DNA of 64,000 nt from an uncultured Gemmatimonadales bacterium (GTDB lineage Bacteria > Gemmatimonadota > Gemmatimonadetes > Gemmatimonadales > Gemmatimonadaceae). The position numbers and the translations under genes are program-made. Positions 30,690 through 41,380 of this stretch are shown piece by piece. The stretch covers positions 704,001 to 768,000 of the forward strand of contig CAWBZV010000002.1 of NCBI GenBank assembly GCA_963793305.1. The letters run 5' to 3'. Numbering within the stretch: position 1 is the first letter of the stretch; every line of letters starts with the position of its first letter. The notes below the pieces were generated by a model that had not been told where the DNA came from, searched no databases, and worked only from the letters and a program-made list of their open reading frames with translations.

Positions 30690-31494
30690 CTTGGTAGAGC
30701 AGGTTGCCGCCGTGCTCGGCACCCGACCCGATGCGCGCGATCTGGTGTCAGCGCTGCTCGATCGACCTCGGTCGTGGCCGGTGCTGCACGCCGGCGAGGC
30801 GGCGCCACGCGAGCTCGCCGAGCGCGCTGCCATGGCCGCTCGCATGATCAAGTCTGGCGCGCCGCTGGCGTACGCCGTCGGCCGCGCCGCGTTCAGGCAC
30901 CTCACGCTCAATGTCGATGAGCGGGTGCTGATCCCGCGGCCTGAGACTGAGGTGCTGGTCGACTTGGTACTGTCCGAGTGTCGAACGGGAACGGTCATCG
31001 ACCTGGGGACGGGGTCAGGCGCGATTGCTTTGGCCCTGGCAACTGAAGGCTCGTATACGCGTGTGATAGGCACAGATATCTCAACCGACGCACTGGCGGT
31101 CGCCGCGACGAACGTGAGCACCCTGGTCGAGTTGCGCCACGGCTCATGGTTCGCACCCATGCAGGGCATAAGGGCCTCGGCGATTGTCTCGAATCCACCG
31201 TACATTTCGTACGACGATGCCTTGGATGCGAGTGTCCGAGACTGGGAACCCCCGGTCGCGCTCCTCGCGGCGGATGGCGGAATGGCGGCGATCCGCGAGA
31301 TCGTGCGAGGGGCGCCGGCGGTGCTCGATCGCGGCGGCCTCCTGGCGCTCGAAGTCGATGCGCGGCGCGCGTCGTTGGCCGCCGAGCTGGTGATGTCGGA
31401 TGGGCGGTATGTCGAGTGCCACGTCCGACTCGACCTCGCGGGACGTGAGCGGTTCGTGTTGGCACGCTATATAGGATCGCACGATGACTCTTGA
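30673..31494 (+). CDS. prmC: release factor glutamine methyltransferase
   Basis: [28 protein letters not shown]; downstream of prfA; TTG start after GGAGG. Confidence 0.95.
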
Positions 31495-31840
31495 AGAAAA
31501 GGCAGGAGAGCTCGGCCGCATGATCGGCCAAAGCTCCGAATATCAGGCCGTCAAGCGCGCCAACGAGGCGCTCAACGACGATCGCGAGGCCGTCGCGACG
31601 TTGCAGCAGATGGAGCGCGTCCGGCAGGAAGCGCAGCAGATGATCGAGCGCGGGGAGAACCCGACGCCCGAAATGGAACACCGGCTCGACGAGCTCCTGG
31701 GCAGCATTCAGGGGAAGACGGTCTATCAGCGAGCCGTCGCGGCCCAGGAGAACTTCGACAAGATCATGCTGCGCGTGAACAACTGGATCCTCGACGGCAT
31801 CCGCAAGGGTGCGACGAGCTCGATCATTACGCTCGGCTGA
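31484..31840 (+). CDS. YlbF/YmcA family regulator
   Basis: EKAGELGRMIGQSSEYQ...LNDD.EA...VN..I..I helical pattern. Confidence 0.8.
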   Translation: MTLEEKAGELGRMIGQSSEYQAVKRANEALNDDREAVATLQQMERVRQEAQQMIERGENPTPEMEHRLDELLGSIQGKTVYQRAVAAQENFDKIMLRVNNWILDGIRKGATSSIITLG

Positions 31841-31843
31841 CCC

Positions 31844-32476
31844 GTGTCGGGACGCCTGGTCGTGCTCGAGGGCGCGGATGGCGTCGGCAAGACGACCCAG
31901 GTCGAGCGGCTCATCGCCCACCTGCGCGAGCGTGGTATCGATGCCGTGTCCCTGCGCGAGCCGGGTGGCACCCCCCTCGGCGAGCGCATCCGGGCGATCC
32001 TGTTGGATCTATCAGGAGCGGGAGTCAATGACCGGGCCGAGCTGCTGCTCTTTCTGGCGGCCCGGGCGCAGCTTGTGCCTGAGGTGACCAGGGAGCTTAC
32101 CGCGGGTCGGACCGTCGTGTTGGACCGATTTTTTCTCTCGACGTACGCCTATCAGATCGCCGGCCGGGGTCTGCCGGAAGAGGATGTCCGCCGCATCAAC
32201 GCGTTCGCGACCCTCGGGCGGGTCCCGGATCTCACAGTCGTACTGGCGCTTCCGCCCGAGGACGCGCGCGCCAGGGCGGGGGAAGGGGATCGAATCGAGC
32301 GCTCGGGGATTGATTTCTATGAACGCGTGGCCGGCGCATTCGGTATGTTTCTCACCAAGGCCTGGCAGCGGGAGCATCCCGAATGCGGCCGCATTGTCGG
32401 GATCGATGCCCGCGGAAGTGAGGACGAAGTCGCCGATCGCGTGCGGGCGGCGGTCGCTCAAGTAGCGGAGGTGTAG
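31844..32476 (+). CDS. tmk: thymidylate kinase
   Basis: LEGADGVGKTTQ, REPGG, LFLAARAQ, DRFFLSTYAYQ. Confidence 0.97.
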   Translation: MSGRLVVLEGADGVGKTTQVERLIAHLRERGIDAVSLREPGGTPLGERIRAILLDLSGAGVNDRAELLLFLAARAQLVPEVTRELTAGRTVVLDRFFLSTYAYQIAGRGLPEEDVRRINAFATLGRVPDLTVVLALPPEDARARAGEGDRIERSGIDFYERVAGAFGMFLTKAWQREHPECGRIVGIDARGSEDEVADRVRAAVAQVAEV

Positions 32477-32477
32477 G

Positions 32478-34085
32478 GTGCGGTCACGGGCAGTCATAGT
32501 CGCCGGGACATTGAGCGCGGCGGTCATCTGCGGCGGGTGGTTCCTGGAGAACGGGCTCCGCGGGTCGACCGGGCCGTTGCGTCGCGTGCAGGTGAGCGGC
32601 ACGGGCGCCGAGCTGTTCGACCAGGTCGCCGACCATGTCCGGCGCGACTTCGTCGACTCGATCGGCCAGGACTCGATGTACCACGCCGCCGTGACCGGCA
32701 TGCTCTACGAGCTCGGTGATCCGCACACGGCGTATCTCTCGGCCGACCGCTACACGCGCCTGCAGGAGACCACCAACGGCTCGTATATCGGCCTCGGGGT
32801 GCAAATCGACATTCGTGGCGGTTGGATCACGATCCTCGCGCCCGTGCCGGGATCGCCGGCCGAACGGGCGGACCTCCGCACGGGTGACCGCCTCGTCGAA
32901 GTCGACGGGCAAAGCACCCAGGGATGGACGCAAGACGAGGCCAGCAAGGCGCTGCGTGGCGAGCCTGGGTCGGTCGTGCACCTGACCGTCGAACGCCCTG
33001 GCGTCGAAGTCCGCATCCCGATGACCGTCACGCGCCGGGAGATTCACGTGCGGGCGGTCCCGCGCGCCGCGGTCATCCGGCCCGGCGTCGGCTATGTGCA
33101 TGTGACGGTGTTCAGCGATTCGACGGCGCGGGAGCTCAAGCACGCGGTCGACTCGCTGCGGAGCCGCGGGGCGAAGTCGCTGGTGCTCGACCTGCGCAAC
33201 GATCCCGGCGGACTGCTCGCCCAGGGTGTTCAGGTCTCGGAACTGTTCCTCGCCCGGGGCGACACGATCGTGTCGTTGCGCGGCCGGACGCCTGGGGCGA
33301 CTCAACAATTCGTTGATCACGATCCGGCGCAGTGGGCGGATATGCCGCTCGTCGTCCTCGTCGATCGCGGCACCGCCAGCGCGGCCGAGATCGTCGCCGG
33401 CGCGCTCCAGGATCATGACCGCGCGGTGCTCGTCGGCACGCCGACCTACGGCAAGGGGAGCGCACAGTCGCTCATCCAAATCGACGGCGGCGGCGCGCTC
33501 AAGCTCACCACCGCGCGGTGGTTCACGCCGTCGGGCCGCAGCATCAGTCGTCCGACCGCGAAGCCGGAGGACGACGATAGCGCCCCCGACTCGACCAGCG
33601 CGGACACCACCACGCATTGCTTGCGGTATCAGACCTCGGGCGGCCGTGTCGTGTATGGTGGGGGTGGCATCACGCCCGACGTGATCGTCGGCGACCCGGG
33701 CGTGTCCGAGCCCCAAGCGGCGTTCGAGACCGCGCTGGGCTCCAAGCTGCCGGCATTTCGCGATGCGTTGACGGCGTACGCGCTGTCGCTCGAAGGCACG
33801 CATGCGCTCTCGTCGCCGGACTTCGCGGTCACGCCCGCTATGCGGGACGAGTTGTACAAGCGCATGCGGGCGAAGGGCGTCGCGCTCGACCGCCCGAGCT
33901 ACGACGCGGCATCGCACTACGTCGATCAACAGTTGGCGACCGAGATGACGCGGTACGTGTTCGGCGTCGATGGGCTGTTCACGCGCTCGCTCACGCACGA
34001 TTCGGTGCTGGTCGTTGCCGCGGACCTCGCCAGCAAAGCGACGTCACCCGCTGATCTGTTGCGGCTGACTACCGCGCATAAGTAA
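32478..34085 (+). CDS. S41 family carboxy-terminal processing peptidase
   Basis: DPHTAY, PDZ, LDLRNDPGG, TASAAEIVAGALQDHDRA, YGKGSAQ, GGGITPD. Confidence 0.95.
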   Translation: MRSRAVIVAGTLSAAVICGGWFLENGLRGSTGPLRRVQVSGTGAELFDQVADHVRRDFVDSIGQDSMYHAAVTGMLYELGDPHTAYLSADRYTRLQETTNGSYIGLGVQIDIRGGWITILAPVPGSPAERADLRTGDRLVEVDGQSTQGWTQDEASKALRGEPGSVVHLTVERPGVEVRIPMTVTRREIHVRAVPRAAVIRPGVGYVHVTVFSDSTARELKHAVDSLRSRGAKSLVLDLRNDPGGLLAQGVQVSELFLARGDTIVSLRGRTPGATQQFVDHDPAQWADMPLVVLVDRGTASAAEIVAGALQDHDRAVLVGTPTYGKGSAQSLIQIDGGGALKLTTARWFTPSGRSISRPTAKPEDDDSAPDSTSADTTTHCLRYQTSGGRVVYGGGGITPDVIVGDPGVSEPQAAFETALGSKLPAFRDALTAYALSLEGTHALSSPDFAVTPAMRDELYKRMRAKGVALDRPSYDAASHYVDQQLATEMTRYVFGVDGLFTRSLTHDSVLVVAADLASKATSPADLLRLTTAHK

Positions 34086-34088
34086 GCC

Positions 34089-34844
34089 TTGAGGGTCGCC
34101 ATCGTCGGGCCCGGGCGCGCTGGTCGCTCGATCGCCAACGCGCTCGGCGCCGCCGGTATTGCCGTCGATCTCATTGGCCGCGGCGATCGGATGACTCCCG
34201 CTGACGTCGTGCTCGTCACGGTGCGGGATGGCGACCTCCCTGCCGCGCTGTGTGGTCTGCGCGATCTCCAGGACGGGGCCGTCGTTCTGCACGCGAGTGG
34301 GGGAACGGATCCGGCGGCCGAACTGAACGCGCTCCGTCAGGCCGGCCATCCAGTGGGAACGTTTCATCCGCTCGTGCCGCTCGCCGACCCCGACACGGGA
34401 TCGACCATGCTGCGCGGCGCGTGGATTGGCGTGGACGGAGATGCCCCGGCGATCGCCGGGGCTGAGTCGCTCGCGGCCGCTATCGGGGCGCACGTGCTCG
34501 CGATCCCGGCCGGCGCCAAGGCCGGATATCATGCCGCCGCGGTCATCGCCGCGAACTTCACCGCGGTGCTGGCGGCGTCGGCCGAGCGGACGATGCGACG
34601 CTCAGGGCTCGAGGCGGGACAGGCGCACGCGGCCGTGTCGCGTTTGATGCGGGTCTCGATCGACCACGTGGTGGCGCTCGGCCCGGAGCGGGCCCTCACG
34701 GGGCCGGCCGCGCGAGGCGACGTGGACACGATCGAGCGGAACATTGCGGCGCTGGCCGACGATCCCGCCGTGCGCGATCTCTACGTGGCGGCGACGCGGA
34801 TCGCGATCGAGCTCGCGCGGGAAAGCCGTCCCTTACATCCCTGA
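34089..34844 (+). CDS. Rossmann-like and DUF2520 domain protein
   Basis: IVGPGRAG, HASG, FHPL, YHAAAV.AAN, ALTGPAARGD. Confidence 0.9.
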   Translation: MRVAIVGPGRAGRSIANALGAAGIAVDLIGRGDRMTPADVVLVTVRDGDLPAALCGLRDLQDGAVVLHASGGTDPAAELNALRQAGHPVGTFHPLVPLADPDTGSTMLRGAWIGVDGDAPAIAGAESLAAAIGAHVLAIPAGAKAGYHAAAVIAANFTAVLAASAERTMRRSGLEAGQAHAAVSRLMRVSIDHVVALGPERALTGPAARGDVDTIERNIAALADDPAVRDLYVAATRIAIELARESRPLHP

Positions 34845-35504
34845 GCCGTTCAGCATCGCCTGCCGATCGACGATCTTGACGCCGCTGGGCGGGGTGTAGC
34901 TGAACTGGGATTTGTCGACCGGGACATTGAACGCGAGCTTGGTGAACCGAATGCGGCGCGTCGACCCGGTGCCGTCGATGACTTGGAACTGGCGCACGAT
35001 GCCATTGTCGTCGTCCACCCAGACGGTGGCCATCGTGTACTGCCCGGGCTTCTTGGGTATGAGCACCAGGATGTGCGCCTTGTGTCCCAGCGCCGTGTCG
35101 GCCTTGCCGAGCGTGACGTTGAAGCGCGTGCGCGGGGAATCCGTGAATTCACGCACGAAGTCGACCGCGGCCGCCTCGTTGTCATCGTTGCCGGCGAGCG
35201 GCATTTTGATCACCTGGCCCGGCGTCGCGCTCGGCGCATAGACCCAGAGCCACGTGCCATCGGCGACAATGCGGTCGCCGGCCGGCTCGATGAACTTGAC
35301 CGACAACCGGTTCGGGCGAAGCTGCAGCATCTCGCCCTTGGCGTTCGACGTGTCGCCGGTGAGACCGCTCGTCAGGATCTGCTCGAACGAGGCTTTGACC
35401 GTGCTGACGTGCTCGTACGCGGTGTGGGCGCGCGTGAGCACGTCGTCCACAACTTGCGCACCGGCGCGTGACGCACAGAGCGCCAAGATCAGGACTATAC
35501 GCAT
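34833..35504 (-). CDS. lolA: outer membrane lipoprotein carrier protein
   Basis: Signal peptide; ASFEQ, G.M.QLRP, IVADGTWLWVY, FSYTPPSGV. Confidence 0.88.
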   Translation of the reverse strand: MRIVLILALCASRAGAQVVDDVLTRAHTAYEHVSTVKASFEQILTSGLTGDTSNAKGEMLQLRPNRLSVKFIEPAGDRIVADGTWLWVYAPSATPGQVIKMPLAGNDDNEAAAVDFVREFTDSPRTRFNVTLGKADTALGHKAHILVLIPKKPGQYTMATVWVDDDNGIVRQFQVIDGTGSTRRIRFTKLAFNVPVDKSQFSYTPPSGVKIVDRQAMLNGSGM

Positions 35505-36526
35505 GGTGACTCCACCGCGCGACCGATCGCTTGGGCAATGAGGCGCAACTCGACGACGAGCTGCGCGAATTGGTTGGGATACAGGGATTGCGCGCCGTCT
35601 GACAATGCGCGATCCGGGGTCGGATGGACCTCGACCATCACGCCATCGGCCCCAGCCGCCAGCGCCGCGCGGGCCATTGGTATGACTTTGTCCCGCGCGC
35701 CCGTCCCATGGCTCGGATCAGCAATAATCGGCAGGTGGGATTGCGTGTGGACAATGGGCACGGCCGTCAGATCAAACATATTTCGTGCCGCCGGGTCAAA
35801 CGTCCTCACGCCGCGCTCGCAAAGAATCACTTGACCATTGCCCTCGGCCAGGATGTACTCGGCGCTCAGCAACAAATCACTGACGGTCGCGGCCAGCCCG
35901 CGCTTGAGCAAGACAGGTTTCTCCAGCCGTCCAACACACTTGAGCAGCGAGTAATTCTGCATGTTCCGCGCGCCGATCTGAATGCAGTCGGCGTACTCGG
36001 CCACCAGATGCGCGCCTTCTTCGTCCATTGCCTCGGTGACGATGGGTAGCCCGGTTTCCTTCTTGGCCATCGCCAATAATTCTAAGCCTCGTTTGCCAAG
36101 CCCTTGGAACGCATACGGCGAACTGCGCGGCTTGAAGGCCCCGCCGCGCAGGGCAGTGGCACCCGCGGCGCGTACGGCACGCGCGGCGGTGAGAATCTGT
36201 TCTTCGTTCTCGACAGAGCAGGGCCCGGCGATGATCACCACGTCGGTACCGCCGACAGTCACACCAGGGGCGAGCGTAACGACCGTATTCTCTTGCCGCC
36301 ACTCGCGCGAGACTTGCTTGTACGGCTGCGTGACGTGAATGACCTGCGCGACGCCCGGCAGCGCCTCGATGCGCGAGCTGTCGACGCGGCCGTCGTTGCC
36401 GACCAGGCCCACGGCCGTCCGCTGCGCACCCGGCATCGGCGCGGCCTGGTACCCCATCTCTTCGATCGTGCGCACCACGCGGTCGATGTCGACCTGCGCC
36501 GCGCCGTGTTTCATGACAACGAGCAT
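35495..36526 (-). CDS. aroF: 3-deoxy-7-phosphoheptulonate (DAHP) synthase type I-beta with N-terminal regulatory domain
   Basis: IAGPCSVE, RGGAFKPRSSPY, QIGARNMQN, LKRG, DPSHGTG, SDGAQSL. Confidence 0.96.
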   Translation of the reverse strand: MLVVMKHGAAQVDIDRVVRTIEEMGYQAAPMPGAQRTAVGLVGNDGRVDSSRIEALPGVAQVIHVTQPYKQVSREWRQENTVVTLAPGVTVGGTDVVIIAGPCSVENEEQILTAARAVRAAGATALRGGAFKPRSSPYAFQGLGKRGLELLAMAKKETGLPIVTEAMDEEGAHLVAEYADCIQIGARNMQNYSLLKCVGRLEKPVLLKRGLAATVSDLLLSAEYILAEGNGQVILCERGVRTFDPAARNMFDLTAVPIVHTQSHLPIIADPSHGTGARDKVIPMARAALAAGADGVMVEVHPTPDRALSDGAQSLYPNQFAQLVVELRLIAQAIGRAVESPCV

Positions 36527-36531
36527 ATCTA

Positions 36532-39500
36532 TCAGTCCGCCGCGCTATCGAGCGCAGTCTCCTGGCGTAAACGCACCCCGACGAGCGATGACACGCCGGG
36601 CTCCTGCATCGTGACGCCGTAGACCGCGTCCGCCGCTTCCGTCGTCGTCCGCGGGTTGTGCGTGATGACGATAAACTGCGTCCGGGACTTGAACTCCAGC
36701 AGCATGCGAACGAAGCGGCCGATGTTCTGGTCGTCGAGCGGCGCGTCGACCTCATCCAGTAGACAGAACGGACTCGGCTTCGTTAAGAATATACCGAAGA
36801 GCAGGGAGAGGGCGACCAAGGCGCGCTCGCCGCTCGACAGCAGGTGGATCCGCTGCGTGCGCTTGCCGCGCGGCGACGCATGGATCTCGATGTCGCAATC
36901 GAGTGGCGCCTCCGGATTCTCGAGCCGCAGCTCGCACTCACCGCCGCCGAACAGCGTCATGAAGATCTGGCGGAAGTTGTCGCGGACCTGCGCGAACGTC
37001 GTCAAGAACAGCTCGCGCGCGGTCATGTCGATTTCGCGAATCGCTTGTGTCAGCGAATTCTTTGCCTCGGCGAGGTCTGTGCGTTGGGCGGTCAGGAACT
37101 CGAGTCGCTTCAGCTCCTCGTCGTGCTCCTCGATCGCCAGCGTGTTCACCGGACCCAGCGCCGCTATTTGCTCACGGAGCTCGGCCGCCTCGGTGCGCAG
37201 GGTCTCTAAGCTCGCTTCGCTTCGCTCGCTCGCACTAAGTGCCGACCCGCTCACCGACCCGATGCGCTCAGTCTCGGCACAAAGCTCGGCCAACGGCCGG
37301 TGCCACTCGGCCTCGACGCGATCGCGCACGGCCTGCGACCGCGCAACGAGCTCAGCGCGCCGCAGCTCCGCGCGATGGGACTCGGTGGCGACGGCGTCGG
37401 CGGCAGCGCGAGCGTCGTGCAGCTGCCGTTCGGAGCGAGTGAGGGAGTCGTCCGCCGACGAGACCGCGAGCTCGGCGTTCATGAGCTGCGTCTCGCCATC
37501 GCCGAGCGTCGCCTCGCGCGCCGCGAGATCGACGCGCCAGACGGCGAGCTGCGCCGCCAATTCGGCGTCAGCAGCCGAAAGGGACTGCAACTCGGTCTCG
37601 AGGGCCGAGAGTTTCGTGGCGGCCGCGGCATGCTCGTCGCCGAGCCGCCGCGCGCGATCCGCGGCGACGTGGAGCCGCGCCTCGGCCTGCGCCACCGCGA
37701 CCTGCGCCGCCGTACGCCGCTCGCGCGCCGCCTCATGGTCCGCCGTCGCGGCGTCGATCGCCGCACGCGTCCCACCCGCCGCCCCCTCCCGCTCGACGAG
37801 TCGCGCTTCGACTTCGCCCGCTTGCGCGGCCAACCCGGCGAGCTTCTCGGACAGCACCTGCGAGCGCTGCGCAAGCCACTCGGCAAGCGACGCCGCGTCG
37901 GCCAGATCCCGCTCGGCGCGCGACCGCCGGCGGCCCGCATCATCGCGATGCTCAGTCGCCCGCCGCGCGGCTTGCTTCGCGACGGATGCGGCCTCCGCCG
38001 CCGTGACCGCTCGCTCGGCCGTCTCGGCGAGCGCCGCGCGCGCGACCTCCGCCTCGCGGACCGCCGCGTCGCGCCCGCGGATCGCGTCAGCCTGGGCCAC
38101 GCGCGAGGCAGCGATCTCTCCGCGCCGGCGGAGAGGGCCCGGCCCCGCGGCGGTTCCGGGTAGCCACACGGCCCCCCGGCCATCCTCGAATGCCACGCCG
38201 TCCCCGAGATCCCGCGCTCCGCCAAGCAGCACACGAATCCACCCGGCGACAGCCGACTCGGCCTTCACGCGCTCACTCAGCGCCGCTCCGCGGCGCGTCG
38301 ACGCAGCGCTCTCGCGCTGCTCGACTGGTCGGTTGACCTGTCGCTCGACTGCGTCTCGCTCCTCGCTCCCCGCATCGATTGGCAGCAGGAGCAGTGGCCC
38401 CGGGTCGCTCTCGGCGTGCCATGCCCGGACGGCATCGGCGGTCGCGCGATCGCGAACGACGACCGCGTGCAATGTCGCGCCGAGGAATCGCTCGACGACC
38501 GCGGCGGCGTCCTGATCGGCGACCACGAAATCGCTGAGCGGGCCGAGGATGGAGTCCTCTCCGAATCGGCGCCCTCGCTCGGCCAGGAGTCGCGCGGCCG
38601 CTGGGGCGAGTCCGACGCGCTCACGCTCCAAGGATTCGAGCGCGGTAACCTTGCCATCGAGCGCGGTCACGGCCTCGGTCGCACGCGCGACCGCGCCGCG
38701 GCGGTCAGCCTCGGTGGTCTGCGCCGACTGCAGCGCGGCGCGAGCGGTGGCTTCGGCCGTCGTCGCGTGCTCGGCGGCATCGGTGGCCAGCGCCAGCTCC
38801 TCGGTCGCAACGTCGACTTCGCGCGCTACCGCCTGGGCGCGGTCACCCAATGATTCGCGCTCGGTGTCGAGCGCGCGGACGCGGTCGCCAACTTCTCCAT
38901 GCTCGCGCTGGGCCGCGGCCTGGTCGATGGCCAGGCGTCCGACGCGATCGCGCAGCTCGCGGAGCTCGCGTTCCTCGCGGTCGAGCGCCTCGCGTGCGCG
39001 ACTCACCGCGCCACGGGCGGTCTCTTCGGTAGTTGTCGCCTCGCTCAAGCTGGCGCTGACACGCACGACCTCCTGCTCAGCCCCGATCCGGTCGGCATCC
39101 GCCTGATCCCGCTCGGCCCGTACGCGCTCGTCGAGCGCCACGCCATCCCGCCGCTCATCCTCGGCGCGCTGGCGACGAGTCGATGCATTGCGTTGGCGTT
39201 CCTCGGCGACCGCGATCTCGGCGCGGCGCTCGTTGACGCGCTGGCGCAATTCGGTCACGAGTCGCGACAACTCGGCGCGGCGTGCCTCGGCTTCCGCGCG
39301 GGCCAGCTGGGCTTCCTCGCGTCCGCGTTCCGCATCCGCGACTGCCTGTTGAGCCGCCGGCACCTCTCGGACCAGCTGCTCCAACCGCGTGCCGACCGTG
39401 GCGAGCTCGGCATCCGTCGATTCGAGATCTCGCAATGCGAGCGACACCTCGGCGACCAAGCGGCGCGACATCATTTCGGCGTAGCGCTCGGCGCGCTTCC

Positions 39501-40128
39501 GTTGGCGCGCCAGGGACCTGACGTGCGTCTGCACTTCGCTGAGCAGATCGTCGAGGCGTTTCAGATCGACCGCGGTCTCTTCGAGTCGGCGTTCGGTGCT
39601 CCGGCGGCGGTCGCGATAGAGTCCCACGCCGGCCGCTTCCTCAAATAGCTCACGCCGTTCGTCGGGACGATCCGACAACAATGCGTCGATCATCTTGCTT
39701 TCGATGACGACGCCGGCGTCGGCGGCCAAGCCGGTCCCGCGAAGGACGTTCTGGATGTCGCGTAAACGACATGGCGAGCGATTCAGGAAGTAGTCACTGT
39801 CCCCGGAGCGGCTGAGACGGCGGGTAATCACCACCTCGTGAAACGCGATGGGCAGCGTGCCGTCCGAGTTGTCGAAGTGCAGGGATACCTCAGCCACGTT
39901 GACCGCGCGCCGGGCCGAGGAGCCTTGGAAGATGACCTCGTCCATCTTCGCCCCGCCGCGCAACGTGCGGATGCGCTGCTCGCCGAGCACCCACCGAACG
40001 GCGTCAGAGACGTTCGACTTCCCGCAGCCGTTGGGCCCAACGATGGCGGTGACTCCGGGTTCGAAGAGCAGGTGAGTCTGGTCGGCGAAGCTCTTGAACC
40101 CGTGTAGCTCCAGCTTGGTCAATCGCAT
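36532..40128 (-). CDS. smc: chromosome segregation protein SMC
   Basis: GFKSF, GPNGCGKSN, coiled coils, hinge, LGPVN..AIEE, LSSGE, LDEVDAPLD. Confidence 0.97.
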   Translation of the reverse strand: MRLTKLELHGFKSFADQTHLLFEPGVTAIVGPNGCGKSNVSDAVRWVLGEQRIRTLRGGAKMDEVIFQGSSARRAVNVAEVSLHFDNSDGTLPIAFHEVVITRRLSRSGDSDYFLNRSPCRLRDIQNVLRGTGLAADAGVVIESKMIDALLSDRPDERRELFEEAAGVGLYRDRRRSTERRLEETAVDLKRLDDLLSEVQTHVRSLARQRKRAERYAEMMSRRLVAEVSLALRDLESTDAELATVGTRLEQLVREVPAAQQAVADAERGREEAQLARAEAEARRAELSRLVTELRQRVNERRAEIAVAEERQRNASTRRQRAEDERRDGVALDERVRAERDQADADRIGAEQEVVRVSASLSEATTTEETARGAVSRAREALDREERELRELRDRVGRLAIDQAAAQREHGEVGDRVRALDTERESLGDRAQAVAREVDVATEELALATDAAEHATTAEATARAALQSAQTTEADRRGAVARATEAVTALDGKVTALESLERERVGLAPAAARLLAERGRRFGEDSILGPLSDFVVADQDAAAVVERFLGATLHAVVVRDRATADAVRAWHAESDPGPLLLLPIDAGSEERDAVERQVNRPVEQRESAASTRRGAALSERVKAESAVAGWIRVLLGGARDLGDGVAFEDGRGAVWLPGTAAGPGPLRRRGEIAASRVAQADAIRGRDAAVREAEVARAALAETAERAVTAAEAASVAKQAARRATEHRDDAGRRRSRAERDLADAASLAEWLAQRSQVLSEKLAGLAAQAGEVEARLVEREGAAGGTRAAIDAATADHEAARERRTAAQVAVAQAEARLHVAADRARRLGDEHAAAATKLSALETELQSLSAADAELAAQLAVWRVDLAAREATLGDGETQLMNAELAVSSADDSLTRSERQLHDARAAADAVATESHRAELRRAELVARSQAVRDRVEAEWHRPLAELCAETERIGSVSGSALSASERSEASLETLRTEAAELREQIAALGPVNTLAIEEHDEELKRLEFLTAQRTDLAEAKNSLTQAIREIDMTARELFLTTFAQVRDNFRQIFMTLFGGGECELRLENPEAPLDCDIEIHASPRGKRTQRIHLLSSGERALVALSLLFGIFLTKPSPFCLLDEVDAPLDDQNIGRFVRMLLEFKSRTQFIVITHNPRTTTEAADAVYGVTMQEPGVSSLVGVRLRQETALDSAAD

Positions 40129-40135
40129 CTACTGT

Positions 40136-41380
40136 CTACGGTCGGCCTGTTCGGAGAACGAGGACCGGGTTGAGTCCGGCCCGTCGGAGCGATGTGATGA
40201 GAGGCAGGGCGTCATCGCCGGCGGCAAACGCACCGGCATAGACGGCCGCGAGGCCCTTCGAGAACTCCAGGCTGTAGGCCGGAACCCCGCGCTTGACGAG
40301 CTGGGCGGCGAGTGCGCGGGCCGAGTCGGTCGGCAAGGAGTCCGCGAGGCGGAGCGCCAGCGGGACGTGGACCACGGTGCCGCCGTGCGCGGCGATCGCG
40401 GCCTGGGCGCTCCCGGAGTCCTCGAACGCGCCCGCGATCACTTCGAACCGCGTCGTCCCGTTGGAATCGCCGACCGGCACCACCGTGGCGGGGCCTATCG
40501 CGCTAATCGCGCTGTCGCGCACGAGGCGCAACGCCGCGGCATACGTCGGCGCCGTCGAGGCGCGCAGCGCGAACTCGGCGCTGCCCGGCGCGTGCTCCGC
40601 TGGACCCGGCACCGGTGCCCCGAGTTGGGCGCTCGCGGCCGTGGTGACCGTGTCAGGGCGCGGCGCCGCGGCCGCCACCGCCTGGGGCGTGTGCCGAGGA
40701 GAGACAACGAGCCAGGCGGCGAATGCGATGATCGCGGCCGCGGCCACGATCGCGATGCGGCGCCCCAAACGGCTTCCCGCGTCGTTTTCTTCGTCCGTGC
40801 GACGGGCGACGATCCGGCGGGGTGGCGGCGTCGCGTTCGCCAAGATCGTCACCCCGGCGGGCAGATGCCCTTCGACCGCGCCGACCGCGATCACCCCGTC
40901 CGTGCGGGCGATCAGCTCAGCGAGGCCCGGGCTGCGCGCGACCGCCACGAACAGCAGCAACGCTCCCGCCTTTTGATACTCGGCGATGAGTTTCGCCCAC
41001 CGCTCGCTCGGCAACACGCGCGCGTAGTCGATCGGCTCGGTGCCGCCCGAGATCACGAACATCTGCTCGTTGGCGTGCGTGCGACGCGTGACGGCCTTGG
41101 GCGAGATCCCGTACTCGAAGCAGTCCGAGACGCCGTGCGGGTCGTCATCCTCCGCCAGCGCGCGCAGGGGCGCGACGTCGCCGATCAAGTCGACAATGGT
41201 GACGATCCGATTGCGCGCCATGGCCCGCCCGGCCGCGATCGCGGCGAGCGCCGTTCCGGGCGAGCTTTCACCGACGACGGTGGCCGATGTCACGTCCGCC
41301 AAGGCCTCGGTCACGCCCGACAGCCCCACGCGGGTGGCCGTGTTTCCGGGGTGATGACCGTTCTCGAGGGTCAGCGTCAT
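40136..41380 (-). CDS. hypothetical bitopic membrane protein with a MinD/CapB-like N-terminal region lacking an obvious P-loop and a SPOR-like C-terminus
   Basis: IVDLIGD...GVSDCFEYGIS; TM segment; C-terminal VIAGAF and VYAGAF motifs. Confidence 0.6.
   Translation of the reverse strand: MTLTLENGHHPGNTATRVGLSGVTEALADVTSATVVGESSPGTALAAIAAGRAMARNRIVTIVDLIGDVAPLRALAEDDDPHGVSDCFEYGISPKAVTRRTHANEQMFVISGGTEPIDYARVLPSERWAKLIAEYQKAGALLLFVAVARSPGLAELIARTDGVIAVGAVEGHLPAGVTILANATPPPRRIVARRTDEENDAGSRLGRRIAIVAAAAIIAFAAWLVVSPRHTPQAVAAAAPRPDTVTTAASAQLGAPVPGPAEHAPGSAEFALRASTAPTYAAALRLVRDSAISAIGPATVVPVGDSNGTTRFEVIAGAFEDSGSAQAAIAAHGGTVVHVPLALRLADSLPTDSARALAAQLVKRGVPAYSLEFSKGLAAVYAGAFAAGDDALPLITSLRRAGLNPVLVLRTGRP

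Noticed and set aside
36656..38515. Long antisense ORFs (also 5952..7529, 20005..21603, 32484..33998, 59747..61162)
   Set aside because: Shadow frames of well-supported genes in GC-rich DNA; no motifs of their own
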